64,000 bases of DNA from Lacunisphaera sp. GTDB lineage: Bacteria > Verrucomicrobiota > Verrucomicrobiia > Opitutales > Opitutaceae. Below the pieces are notes generated by a model. The model was not told the origin of the DNA. It ran no database searches and saw only the letters and a list, made by a program, of their open reading frames with translations. The stretch covers positions 985 through 64,984 of the forward strand of contig JBKJTZ010000108.1 in the NCBI GenBank assembly GCA_046590295.1. The letters run 5' to 3'. A program made the translations under genes and the position numbers. Positions 47,037 through 55,469 of the stretch are shown piece by piece (position 1 is the stretch's first letter; each line of letters starts with the position of its first letter).

Positions 47037-48468
47037 CCAAGCCTCCGGCGGTGCGACCCGGGGCTACAGTGTCCTGGAAAAGCTGGTGCTGTTTCATTTC
47101 GGCACCCTGCTGGTATTCACCACCTGGGCCTTTGGCGGCCAGGCCCCCTGGGTGCGGCAGGGCATTGCCATTTGGGGTGCCGTCGGCGTGCTGCTGACCA
47201 TCATCGGCTGCACCACCCGCCGGAAGTCCGTGGGCGATGCCTCCTGGCCGGCATTGCGCTACCTTTGGCCGCTCTGGCTCTTTGACCTGCTCGTGGTCGC
47301 CAGCTGCTTCAATCCGTTGTTCAAGCAGGTCATTATCGTCGGAGAACCGTCGCTGGTCCTGGCCGACCCCGTTCCCTGGCTGCCGGGCGCGGCGCGACCA
47401 CTGCTGGCGTGGAAGGAGCTTTGGCAGTTCAACGTCATCGTGCTCTCCTGTTTCAACCTCCACCTGGTGCTGCACCGGCGCAGCCGCATCCGGCTGGTGC
47501 TTGGCTTCATGGCCCTGAACGCCGTGGCACTCGCCGTCTTCGGCACTTTCCAGAAACTCTCCCACTCCACCGGACTCTGGTTCGGCCTGGTTCAGTCGCC
47601 CAACCCGAGATTTTTCGCCACATTCATCTACCACAACCACTGGGGCGCCTTCACCATCATGAACACGGCGGTGTGCCTCGGGTTGGTTTTTAACCAGCTG
47701 CGCCGCACCGTCGGACGCAACATCTGGCACTCGCCGGTGCTGTTCGGGACGCTGGTCACCCTGCTGCTGGCCCTGTCGGTGCCGCTCAGCTCCTCCCGCT
47801 CCTCGACCGTGTTGATCAGCCTGCTGCTGGGCGGCGGGCTGACCCATTTCCTGCTGCGGCTCGTCCGGCGGCGGCGCGAGCGGCACGAATCGGCCCTGCT
47901 GCCGGTCGCGGGGATCATTTTGGCCGCGCTGCTCGCCATCGGCGCCACCGCCTGGCTCAGCCGCGACGTCATCGCCCAGCGCGCCCGGCTGACCACCACC
48001 CAGTGGGCGGACATCGCGCAGGAGGACACGCTCAACTCCCGGCTGACCCTTTACCGTGACACCTGGCGGATGGCGGCAGCCCAGCCCGCCTTCGGCTGGG
48101 GTCTGGAGAGCTATGCGCATGTCTTTCGCATTTTCAACACCCAGCGCACGGCCGAGGCGTGGATTTACATCCCGTTCTACGCGGAGGCGCACAACGACTG
48201 GCTGCAGGCCCTCGCCGAAGTCGGCTTCGTCGGCACCGGCCTGCTCGCCGTCCTGGTGCTGGGACCCCTGCTCGCCGTGCCGTGGCGGCGGGTGGACTCG
48301 ACGCTCCCCCGCTACCTGCTCGCGGGCGGAGCCCTCGTGCTGCTCTACGCGTGGGTTGAATTCCCCTTTGCCAACCCGACGGTGATGCTCACATTCTGCG
48401 CGACCTTTTCCTGCGCCGTGCGCTACGCCGCCCTGGATGTGCGCGCCCAGGAGAGGGAACCGCGCTGA
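47023..48468 (+). CDS. O-antigen ligase / polymerase family (Wzy_C-type) membrane protein
   Basis: In-frame ATG 47023, with a 14-nt overlap onto the preceding gene. It is polytopic, with the loop motif YAEAHNDWLQALAEVGFVGTGLL characteristic of the O-antigen ligase family. Confidence 0.7.
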   Translation: MSSPDQASGGATRGYSVLEKLVLFHFGTLLVFTTWAFGGQAPWVRQGIAIWGAVGVLLTIIGCTTRRKSVGDASWPALRYLWPLWLFDLLVVASCFNPLFKQVIIVGEPSLVLADPVPWLPGAARPLLAWKELWQFNVIVLSCFNLHLVLHRRSRIRLVLGFMALNAVALAVFGTFQKLSHSTGLWFGLVQSPNPRFFATFIYHNHWGAFTIMNTAVCLGLVFNQLRRTVGRNIWHSPVLFGTLVTLLLALSVPLSSSRSSTVLISLLLGGGLTHFLLRLVRRRRERHESALLPVAGIILAALLAIGATAWLSRDVIAQRARLTTTQWADIAQEDTLNSRLTLYRDTWRMAAAQPAFGWGLESYAHVFRIFNTQRTAEAWIYIPFYAEAHNDWLQALAEVGFVGTGLLAVLVLGPLLAVPWRRVDSTLPRYLLAGGALVLLYAWVEFPFANPTVMLTFCATFSCAVRYAALDVRAQEREPR

Positions 48469-48469
48469 C

Positions 48470-49321
48470 ATGCCCACCCCCGTCCCCATCTCCGTCCTCA
48501 TTCCCGTGAAGAACGAGTCCGCCAATCTCACGGCCTGCCTCGCCTCGGTGGCGTGGTGTGACGATGTCGTGGTCGTGGATTCCGGCAGCACCGACGACAC
48601 GCGCGAGATTGCCCGGCAGGCCGGGGCCCGCGTCGTGGATTTCCCATGGGACGGCCGGTTTCCAAAGAAGAAGAACTGGGCACTGGGCCATGTCCCCTGG
48701 AAGAATGACTGGGTGTTCATCATCGACGCCGACGAGCGTTGCACGCCCCCCCTGGAGGCCGCCCTGCGTGCCGCCCTGGGCCAGACTCAGCACCAAGGGT
48801 TTTACGTGAACCGCCGTTTCTGGTTTCTCGACGGCTGGCTGAACCACTGCGGCTACTATCCCAGCTGGAACCTGCGTTTCTTCCGTCACACGCTCGGCCG
48901 CTACGAAAAGGTCGCGGACTTCGCCGGCACCGGTTCGGGCGACAACGAGGTGCACGAGCATGTCGAGCTCAAGGGTTCCGCCGGTTATCTGGCCGGTGAG
49001 ATGGAGCATTACGCCTTTCCGGACATCGCGACCTGGGTCGAGAAGCACAACCGCTACAGCAACTGGGAGGCCCGCCTGCAGGTCGGGGCCGGGGCGGACG
49101 GCCCCGCCGGAGTGGAGATCGATGCCGGTCTCGCCCGCAAGCGCCGCCTGCGCCGTCTCGCCTGGTCGCTGCCCTTCCGGCCCACGCTGCGGTTTCTCTA
49201 CCATTATGTCTGGCGCGCCGGATTCCTCGACGGTTACCGTGGCTTCGTCTTCTGCCGGCTCATGGCCTGGTATGAGTTTCTCAGCGCCACCAAGGCCCGC
49301 GAACTGCGGCGCAAAAGGTAG
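48470..49321 (+). CDS. Glycosyltransferase family 2
   Basis: ORF 48437..49321 trimmed to ATG 48470. ISVLIPVKNESANLTACLASV, VVVDSGSTDDT and FIIDADE. The stop codon TAG is the first triplet of the REP-like repeat. Confidence 0.75.
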   Translation: MPTPVPISVLIPVKNESANLTACLASVAWCDDVVVVDSGSTDDTREIARQAGARVVDFPWDGRFPKKKNWALGHVPWKNDWVFIIDADERCTPPLEAALRAALGQTQHQGFYVNRRFWFLDGWLNHCGYYPSWNLRFFRHTLGRYEKVADFAGTGSGDNEVHEHVELKGSAGYLAGEMEHYAFPDIATWVEKHNRYSNWEARLQVGAGADGPAGVEIDAGLARKRRLRRLAWSLPFRPTLRFLYHYVWRAGFLDGYRGFVFCRLMAWYEFLSATKARELRRKR

Positions 49322-49373
49322 GGGCGCTTGCCCCCAAGCGCCCAAGGGCCGTTGAGGGCAACGGCCCCTACCC
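49319..49373. repeat. REP-like double-hairpin element, copy 2 (inverted relative to copy 1)
   Basis: TAGGGGCGCTTgcccccAAGCGCCCaAGGGCCGTTgagggcAACGGCCCCTACCC. The second hairpin is identical to rc of copy 1. The first differs by a paired G..C -> C..G change that preserves the stem. Confidence 0.75.
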
Positions 49374-49394
49374 TCGGCTAGCAATATTCTCCCC

Positions 49395-50591
49395 TTGTCT
49401 TTCCCCCGCGTCTTTTTTGTCAACCGGGTCTACTGGCCCTCGACCGCGGCCACGGCCCAGCTGCTCGCCGATCTCGCCGAGGGCCTGGCAGCGCGCGGCT
49501 GGCCGGTGCACATTATCGCCGCGGGCACCGGCCCGGACCAGCGTGATGGCGTGACCATCCACCGCACTGGTGGGGATGAAAGCCATCGCGGGCTCTTCTC
49601 CCAGGCCGTCAACTACTGGCGGTTCCTCCGCGGCGCCCGGCGGCAGATTGCCCGTCTTGTCCGCCCCGGGGATGTCGTCGTGGTGATGACCGACCCGCCG
49701 ATGCTTGGCGCCGCCGTCACCGGCGTCGCTGTTGCACATGGCGCGCGGGTTGTTCACTGGATCCAGGACATCTACCCCGAGATCGTGTCCGCCCACGTGG
49801 GCCTCATCGCCGCCTTGCCGCTGCTGCCGCTCCGCTGGTGGCGTGATCGCTCCTGGCGGGCGGCCCGTGGTTGCGTCACCCTCGGCGAGGACATGGCCGG
49901 GTTGATCGCCGGCCGGATCACCACGGCGGGCACCTGCGCCATCGTGCCCAACTGGGCTCCGCAGGAACTGGATGCACCTGCGCCAGCCAGCGCCGTGGCG
50001 GCCCGGCGGCACGCCTGGGGCCTCGCGGACAAGTTCATCGTCGCCTACTCCGGCAACCTCGGTCGTGTGCACGAGTTTGCCGCCGTGCTCGACGCCGCAG
50101 AGCAGCTGCGATCGCACGCCGGGATCGTTTTCCTGCTCATTGGCCGGGGGCCGCGCTGCGACGAGGTTCGGGCTGCCGCCCACGCGCGCGGCCTGACAAA
50201 CCTGCGTTTCCTGCCGCCGGAACCGCGCGAGAATCTCCCCGCCGCTCTGGCCGCAGCGGACGCCCACCTTGTCACCCTTAAGCCCGCCTTTGCGCGACTC
50301 GTCTTTCCCAGCAAGCTGGCCGGCGTCCTCGCCGCCGGCCGGCCGGTGCTGTTTGTCGGCCCCGGGGATGGTGAGATCGCCCGGATGTTGGCGCGCGCAC
50401 AATGTGGTGCCGCCTTTGACCCTAAGGACGGCGCCGGCCTCGCGACGGCCGTGGCGGCGGCACACGCCGATCCCGACGGACGCGTCCGGCAGGGCCAGGC
50501 GGGCCGGACCGCCTATGAACAGCATTTTAGGTTTGGGGCGGCCCTTGGGCGGTGGGAGAAGATCCTGCTCGCCGCCTCGACCCAAAGATAG
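49395..50591 (+). CDS. Glycosyltransferase, GT4-type (WcaI-like)
   Basis: TTG start per the ORF track. VFFVNRVYWPSTAATAQLLADLAEGLAARGWPVHII resembles the WcaI N-terminus. The C-terminal part has PSKLAGVLAAGRPVLFVG. Confidence 0.7.
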   Translation: MSFPRVFFVNRVYWPSTAATAQLLADLAEGLAARGWPVHIIAAGTGPDQRDGVTIHRTGGDESHRGLFSQAVNYWRFLRGARRQIARLVRPGDVVVVMTDPPMLGAAVTGVAVAHGARVVHWIQDIYPEIVSAHVGLIAALPLLPLRWWRDRSWRAARGCVTLGEDMAGLIAGRITTAGTCAIVPNWAPQELDAPAPASAVAARRHAWGLADKFIVAYSGNLGRVHEFAAVLDAAEQLRSHAGIVFLLIGRGPRCDEVRAAAHARGLTNLRFLPPEPRENLPAALAAADAHLVTLKPAFARLVFPSKLAGVLAAGRPVLFVGPGDGEIARMLARAQCGAAFDPKDGAGLATAVAAAHADPDGRVRQGQAGRTAYEQHFRFGAALGRWEKILLAASTQR

Positions 50592-50669
50592 AAACGCGCG
50601 ACCTTTGGGTTTCGCGGCCGCAAGTTCGGTTTGCTTTGCACGAAATCGCCCCCGTTAATCCAACCAGCC

Positions 50670-52046
50670 ATGACCCAGGGAAGAACCGCCGCCTTCATCC
50701 TCGTGCTGCTGGATGTCCTCGCGGTCGTCCTGTTGTTCAATTTCTTCGCCTGGACCCGCGGAGTCGCGACTCTGAACGACCTGGTCCTCGCCCCGCTGGT
50801 GCTGCCCGCGATGATGCACATCCTCGCCGTGCACTTGATCGACGGCTACAATCCGCGCACGGACATGATGTCCGTCACCTACACCAGCCTGCATGCCATC
50901 GCACTGGTGTTTGTGCTGTTCTTCACCCTGCTCCTCACCTTCGCGGTCATCACCGCCGGCTTCCCGCTGCAGGGCAGCCGCTTCGTCACGATCAGCGCGT
51001 GCCTTTGCCTCATCCCCGTCACGCTGTCCTACCGCCGCGTTTTCTACCAGCGCCAACAGGCTAAAAAGCAGCAGCGTTATTTCATGTTTCTCGGCAGCCC
51101 CGAAAGCTGTGTCGCCTTCAAGGAGGAGTGCCGCAAGACGGGCATGGTCCAGGCCGTGCTCTACGCGACGCACTCCACGTTTGCCTCGGGCTTCACCCAG
51201 CCCGATGCCCGCGTCTCGATCCCGCCGTTTGGCGACGTGGCGAACTACCTCGAGGAATACAAGGGCAGCATCGATGCCATCATCCTCCGTGAATCCAGCC
51301 AGGAACTGCCCGCCCTTGTCGCCCAGCGGCTCATGGAGCTGCATTTTTCCGGCGTACCGACCTACACGCTCGAGCTGTTCCATGAAGTCTACTGGCGGAA
51401 GATCCCGCTCTACCGGCTCAACCAGACCTGGCTGTTCCAGGAGGGTTTCCAGATCGCCCGCGAGCCGGTCTTCGAGCGGCTGAAGCGACTCAGTGACATT
51501 TTGCTCGCGTCCTTCGGCCTGCTGCTCGCCGTCCCGCTGCTGCCGTTCGTGGCCGCCGGCATCTGGCTCGAGGACCGCGGACCCGTCTTTTTCCGCCAGC
51601 CCCGGGTTGGAAAAAACCGCCAGGTCTTCAACATCGTCAAACTCCGCACCATGCGCGTGAGCGTCGGCCCGGGGGAAGATTACACCCGCGTGGGCGACAG
51701 CCGGATCACCCGGCTGGGCGCATTTTTGCGCAACACCCGGCTCGACGAGGTGCCGCAGCTGTGGAACGTCCTGATCGGCGACATGAGCCTGATCGGACCG
51801 CGCGCCGAGTGGGTCAAGCTGGTCGCGGATTACGAGAAGAAGATCCCCTGCTATCACTACCGCCATCTGGTGAAGCCCGGCATCACCGGCTGGGCCCAGG
51901 TCAACTATCCCTACGGCGCCAATCTGGAAGACACGCAGCGCAAGCTGGAATACGACCTGTACTACATCCGTTACTTCTCCTTCGTGCTCGATGCCACCAT
52001 CGTGCTGAAGACGATCCACACCATGCTGTTTGGGAAGGGCCGTTAA
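50670..52046 (+). CDS. Polyprenyl-phosphate sugar phosphotransferase (bacterial sugar transferase, WbaP/EpsB-like initiating enzyme)
   Basis: ORF 50631..52046 trimmed to ATG 50670. It has N-terminal TM segments, then VFFRQPRVGKNRQVFNIVKLRTM...DSRITRLGAFLRNTRLDEVPQLWNVLIGDMSLIGPRA...GITGWAQV. Confidence 0.85.
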   Translation: MTQGRTAAFILVLLDVLAVVLLFNFFAWTRGVATLNDLVLAPLVLPAMMHILAVHLIDGYNPRTDMMSVTYTSLHAIALVFVLFFTLLLTFAVITAGFPLQGSRFVTISACLCLIPVTLSYRRVFYQRQQAKKQQRYFMFLGSPESCVAFKEECRKTGMVQAVLYATHSTFASGFTQPDARVSIPPFGDVANYLEEYKGSIDAIILRESSQELPALVAQRLMELHFSGVPTYTLELFHEVYWRKIPLYRLNQTWLFQEGFQIAREPVFERLKRLSDILLASFGLLLAVPLLPFVAAGIWLEDRGPVFFRQPRVGKNRQVFNIVKLRTMRVSVGPGEDYTRVGDSRITRLGAFLRNTRLDEVPQLWNVLIGDMSLIGPRAEWVKLVADYEKKIPCYHYRHLVKPGITGWAQVNYPYGANLEDTQRKLEYDLYYIRYFSFVLDATIVLKTIHTMLFGKGR

Positions 52047-52073
52047 TCCTGCCACGGACCGGGCACATTCTTC

Positions 52074-53462
52074 ATGAAATCCTACGATTTTATCTGCATT
52101 GGTGGCGGCAGCGCCGGTTTCAATGCAGCGCGCGTCGCAGCCGGACTGGGCCGGAAGGTGGCCGTCATCGACGGCGCCCGGCAACTCGGTGGCCTGTGCA
52201 TCTTGCGGGGCTGCATGCCCTCCAAGACGCTCATCTACGCCGCCGAGGTCCTCCACCACGCCCGGCACGCCGGCCGCTTTGGCCTGAAGGTCACCGGCGC
52301 CCGCGCCGACATGAAGGCCGTCCATGCGCGGAAGAAAAAAATCATTGGCGAATTCGCCCGCTACCGCGTGGACGCGCTCAAAGGCGGCAAGTTCGACCTG
52401 TACCGGGCCCAGGCCGAATTCACCGACCCGCACACGCTGCGGCTCTCGGATGGCCGCAAACTTCGCGGCCGGCATTTCCTGCTCGGGACCGGTTCAAAGG
52501 TGAGCGTGCCCAACGTGCCCGGCCTCGCCGAGGCCAGGGCATGGACCAGCGACGAGGTGCTCGACCTCGATTTCCTCCCGAAAAGCGTGATCGTCCTGGG
52601 CGGCGGCATCGTGGCCTGCGAACTGGCGCAGTACCTGCACCGCATGGGCTCGAGGGTCACGCTCATCCAGCGCAGCCCGTGCATCCTCCGCGACCACTCC
52701 GAGGCCGCCTCGTCCGTCGTGCAGCAGGCGTTTGCGGACGAAGGCATGGAGTTGTTTACCGCCACCCAGCTCCGTTCCGTGACTACCACCAAGACCGGCT
52801 GCACCGTGAAGTTTCTGCACGACGCCAAGCTCGTCACCCGCCGGGCCGCACACCTCTTCAACGCGCTGGGCCGCTCGCCCAACACCGCGGATCTCGGCCT
52901 GGCCGCCGCCGGGGTGAAGACCCGCCCTGACGGCCAGATCATCATCAACCGCTGGCAGCAGACCAGCGCACCGCACATTTACGCCGCCGGCGACTGCTCC
53001 GGCCCGGCCGAGATCGTCCACATCGCCATTGCGCAGGGTGAACTCGCCGCGCGCCACGCAGCCAAGGTCAAGGGCCTCAAGCCCGTCGATTTCTCGCTCC
53101 TGCTCAACGTCGTCTTCACCGACCCGCAGCTCGCCACCATCGGCGCGCTCGAGCGCGATCTCGACGAACGCGGCGTGAAGTATCTCGTGGCCAGTTATCC
53201 GTTCAACGACCACGGCAGATCCATTTTGATGGAGGCGAACTACGGCTACGTGAAGGTGCTGGCGGAGCCGAAGCGCGGCCGCATCCTCGGCGCCGAAATC
53301 GTCGGCAAGGATGCCGGCGAACTCATCCACGCCTTCTCCACCCCGCTGGCCATGCGGGCCACCGTGCGCGACATGCTCCGCGCCCCTTGGTATCACCCGA
53401 CGCTGGCCGAGATCATCACCTACCCGCTGGAGGAGATTTCCGAAGAAATCACTTCACCTTGA
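52074..53462 (+). CDS. Class I pyridine nucleotide-disulfide oxidoreductase (dihydrolipoamide dehydrogenase / glutathione reductase-like)
   Basis: It has the FAD motif DFICIGGGSAGFNAA, the redox-active disulfide GGLCILRGCMPSK, the NAD motif VIVLGGGIVACE, and a C-terminal dimerisation region containing HPTLAE. Confidence 0.8.
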   Translation: MKSYDFICIGGGSAGFNAARVAAGLGRKVAVIDGARQLGGLCILRGCMPSKTLIYAAEVLHHARHAGRFGLKVTGARADMKAVHARKKKIIGEFARYRVDALKGGKFDLYRAQAEFTDPHTLRLSDGRKLRGRHFLLGTGSKVSVPNVPGLAEARAWTSDEVLDLDFLPKSVIVLGGGIVACELAQYLHRMGSRVTLIQRSPCILRDHSEAASSVVQQAFADEGMELFTATQLRSVTTTKTGCTVKFLHDAKLVTRRAAHLFNALGRSPNTADLGLAAAGVKTRPDGQIIINRWQQTSAPHIYAAGDCSGPAEIVHIAIAQGELAARHAAKVKGLKPVDFSLLLNVVFTDPQLATIGALERDLDERGVKYLVASYPFNDHGRSILMEANYGYVKVLAEPKRGRILGAEIVGKDAGELIHAFSTPLAMRATVRDMLRAPWYHPTLAEIITYPLEEISEEITSP

Positions 53463-54226
53463 AACAGTTGTTTCAAAAAGCAGCGGCGCTGGTGCTGCGC
53501 TTGACCGGCCTCCAATACCTGCCGGTGCGAGTCCGCCGGGGGCTCCCCGCCGGCGCTCGCTGGACTCTTTTTCCGTGGACGGCCTACTGGCGTGGAGGCT
53601 ACGAGCCGGCGGTGGAGCAGGCTATCCTTGGGTTGGGTGATTTGACCGGCAAGGTATGCTGGGATCTGGGCGCGCACTATGGATATTACAGTGTCGGCCT
53701 GGCCCTGCGCACAGGCCCCCGCGGACAGGTCGCGGCCTTCGAGCCATCTCCCGCGAGCTACGCCCGGCTCGAGCGGCACCAGCGGATGAACCGGCTCGAC
53801 TGGCTCCGACCGTTTCCCTTCGCGCTTTCCGACCGTGCCGGCAAGTCCCGGCTCATCACCCACGACGGAGAAACCATGAACCACCTGGCCTATGATGGCG
53901 AGGTGCCGACCGCCGCCACCCCGAGCATTACCATTCGGACCGTCCGGCTGGACGACCTGGTGGCCCAGGGTGACATCCTTCCGCCGGATTTCATCAAGGT
54001 GGATGTCGAGGGGCACGGCCACCACGCGCTGGCCGGCGCCCTGCGGTCGATCCGCGCCAAACGGCCCGTTATCCTCATGGGGTTTCACAGCCCCCAGGAA
54101 GTCGCCGGCACCGAGGCGCTGCTTACGCCGCTCGGCTACCAGTTCACCCCGGTCCAGACCTCCAGCCCAGCCGATCGGATCGGGGCCGACTACCTGCTCC
54201 GGGTGGCTCCGGCCGGTGCCCCCTGA
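53459..54226 (+). CDS. FkbM-family methyltransferase (paralog 5)
   Basis: ORF 53387..54226. The most likely start is TTG 53459 (TTGA overlap with the previous stop). CWDLGAHYGYYS...DFIKVDVEGHGHHALAGA. Confidence 0.6.
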   Translation: MKQLFQKAAALVLRLTGLQYLPVRVRRGLPAGARWTLFPWTAYWRGGYEPAVEQAILGLGDLTGKVCWDLGAHYGYYSVGLALRTGPRGQVAAFEPSPASYARLERHQRMNRLDWLRPFPFALSDRAGKSRLITHDGETMNHLAYDGEVPTAATPSITIRTVRLDDLVAQGDILPPDFIKVDVEGHGHHALAGALRSIRAKRPVILMGFHSPQEVAGTEALLTPLGYQFTPVQTSSPADRIGADYLLRVAPAGAP

Positions 54227-54268
54227 TTTTATTTGCCGCCCGGCAGGACCCCTTCACTGATTAATTCC

Positions 54269-55336
54269 ATGTCCGACTACCAAGCTCCCGTCTTTCTTAC
54301 CGATCTGCTCAAGGCCAAGTCGCCCTCCGGCGCCGAGGCCCAGGCTCAGGCCGTCTACGACCAATACGTCAAGCCGCACGCCGCCGCCTATGCCAACGAC
54401 GCCCTCGGCTGCCGCCTCGCCACCCTGAATCCCAAGGGCACCCCCACCCTGATGTTCTCCGGCCACATGGACGAACTCGGCCTCATCATCACCTTCGTCA
54501 ATAAGGACGGCTTCCTTTACTTCGACACCATCGGGGGCCACGACCGCACCATCATCTCCGGTCGCCGGGTCATCATCCAGACCGCCGCCGGCCCGGTAAA
54601 GGGCGTAACGGGCAAACGCGCCATCCATCTCATGGAGGAGGCCGACCGAAAGAAGGTCCCCGAGATTCACGAGATCTGGATCGACATCGGCGCCAAGACC
54701 AAGGCCGAGGCCCTCCGGCGCATCGCCATCGGTGATGTCGCCACCTACGATCACGAGTTTGAGCTGATCAACGGCAGCGTCGGCACGGCGCGCGCCTTCG
54801 ACAACAAGGTCGGGGCCTATGTCGTCGGCGAAGCCCTCATCCGGCTGGCCCGGGACAAGGCGAAGCTGCAGGCCAAGGTCGTTTCCGTCGCCACCACGCA
54901 GGAGGAGATCGGCGTGCGCGGTGCGACGACCTCGGCCTTCAGTGTGGATCCGCACGTGGCCCTCGCGGTGGATGTCGGCCATGCCACCGACCATCCCGAC
55001 TGCGACCAGCGGAAGCACGGCGAGACCAAGCTGGGCGGCGGGCCCATCATCTGCCGCGGCCCGAACATCAACCCCAAGGTCTACGCGCGGTTGATTGACG
55101 TCGCTAAAAAAACGAAGATCGCCGTGCAGCTCGAGGCCGATCCGCGGCCGACCGGCACCGATGCCCGCGCCATCCAGATGGCCCGCGGCGGCGTGGCGGT
55201 GGGCCTCGTCTCCATCCCCCTGCGCTACATGCACACCCCCAGCGAGGTTGTGGACCTGGAGGATGTGGAGAACTGCGTGAAACTTTTCGTGGCCTTCGCC
55301 AAGTCCATCGGCAAGGGCGAGAGCTTCAACTGGTGA
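54269..55336 (+). CDS. M42-family metallo-aminopeptidase (FrvX/CelM-like)
   Basis: ORF 54233..55336 trimmed to ATG 54269. FSGHMDELG, RAFDNKVG, TTQEEIGVRGA and YMHTPSEV. Confidence 0.85.
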   Translation: MSDYQAPVFLTDLLKAKSPSGAEAQAQAVYDQYVKPHAAAYANDALGCRLATLNPKGTPTLMFSGHMDELGLIITFVNKDGFLYFDTIGGHDRTIISGRRVIIQTAAGPVKGVTGKRAIHLMEEADRKKVPEIHEIWIDIGAKTKAEALRRIAIGDVATYDHEFELINGSVGTARAFDNKVGAYVVGEALIRLARDKAKLQAKVVSVATTQEEIGVRGATTSAFSVDPHVALAVDVGHATDHPDCDQRKHGETKLGGGPIICRGPNINPKVYARLIDVAKKTKIAVQLEADPRPTGTDARAIQMARGGVAVGLVSIPLRYMHTPSEVVDLEDVENCVKLFVAFAKSIGKGESFNW

Positions 55337-55469
55337 TTGCGTCAGGGCATCGCTCGCCGACGCGGGCGTAAGCCGCGTATTGCGGGCGTCGGCATGCGAC
55401 GCCCCTACAATAGGTGAGCGCAGCCTACGGCGGAGCCCGCCCGTCGAGACATCTCGCCCTGCCTGGTGG

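Noticed and set aside
47023-48468. The polytopic membrane protein, considered as the missing exosortase for the PEP-CTERM protein.
   Set aside because: It carries the O-antigen-ligase-family loop motif (AHNDWLQALAEVGFVG) and has that family's size. I see no exosortase-like signature, so no exosortase is claimed in this window.
52074-53462. The flavoprotein disulfide reductase, considered as mercuric reductase MerA and a hint of a mer operon.
   Set aside because: There is no N-terminal heavy-metal-associated domain and no C-terminal Cys-Cys pair. No merR, merT or merP genes are nearby.
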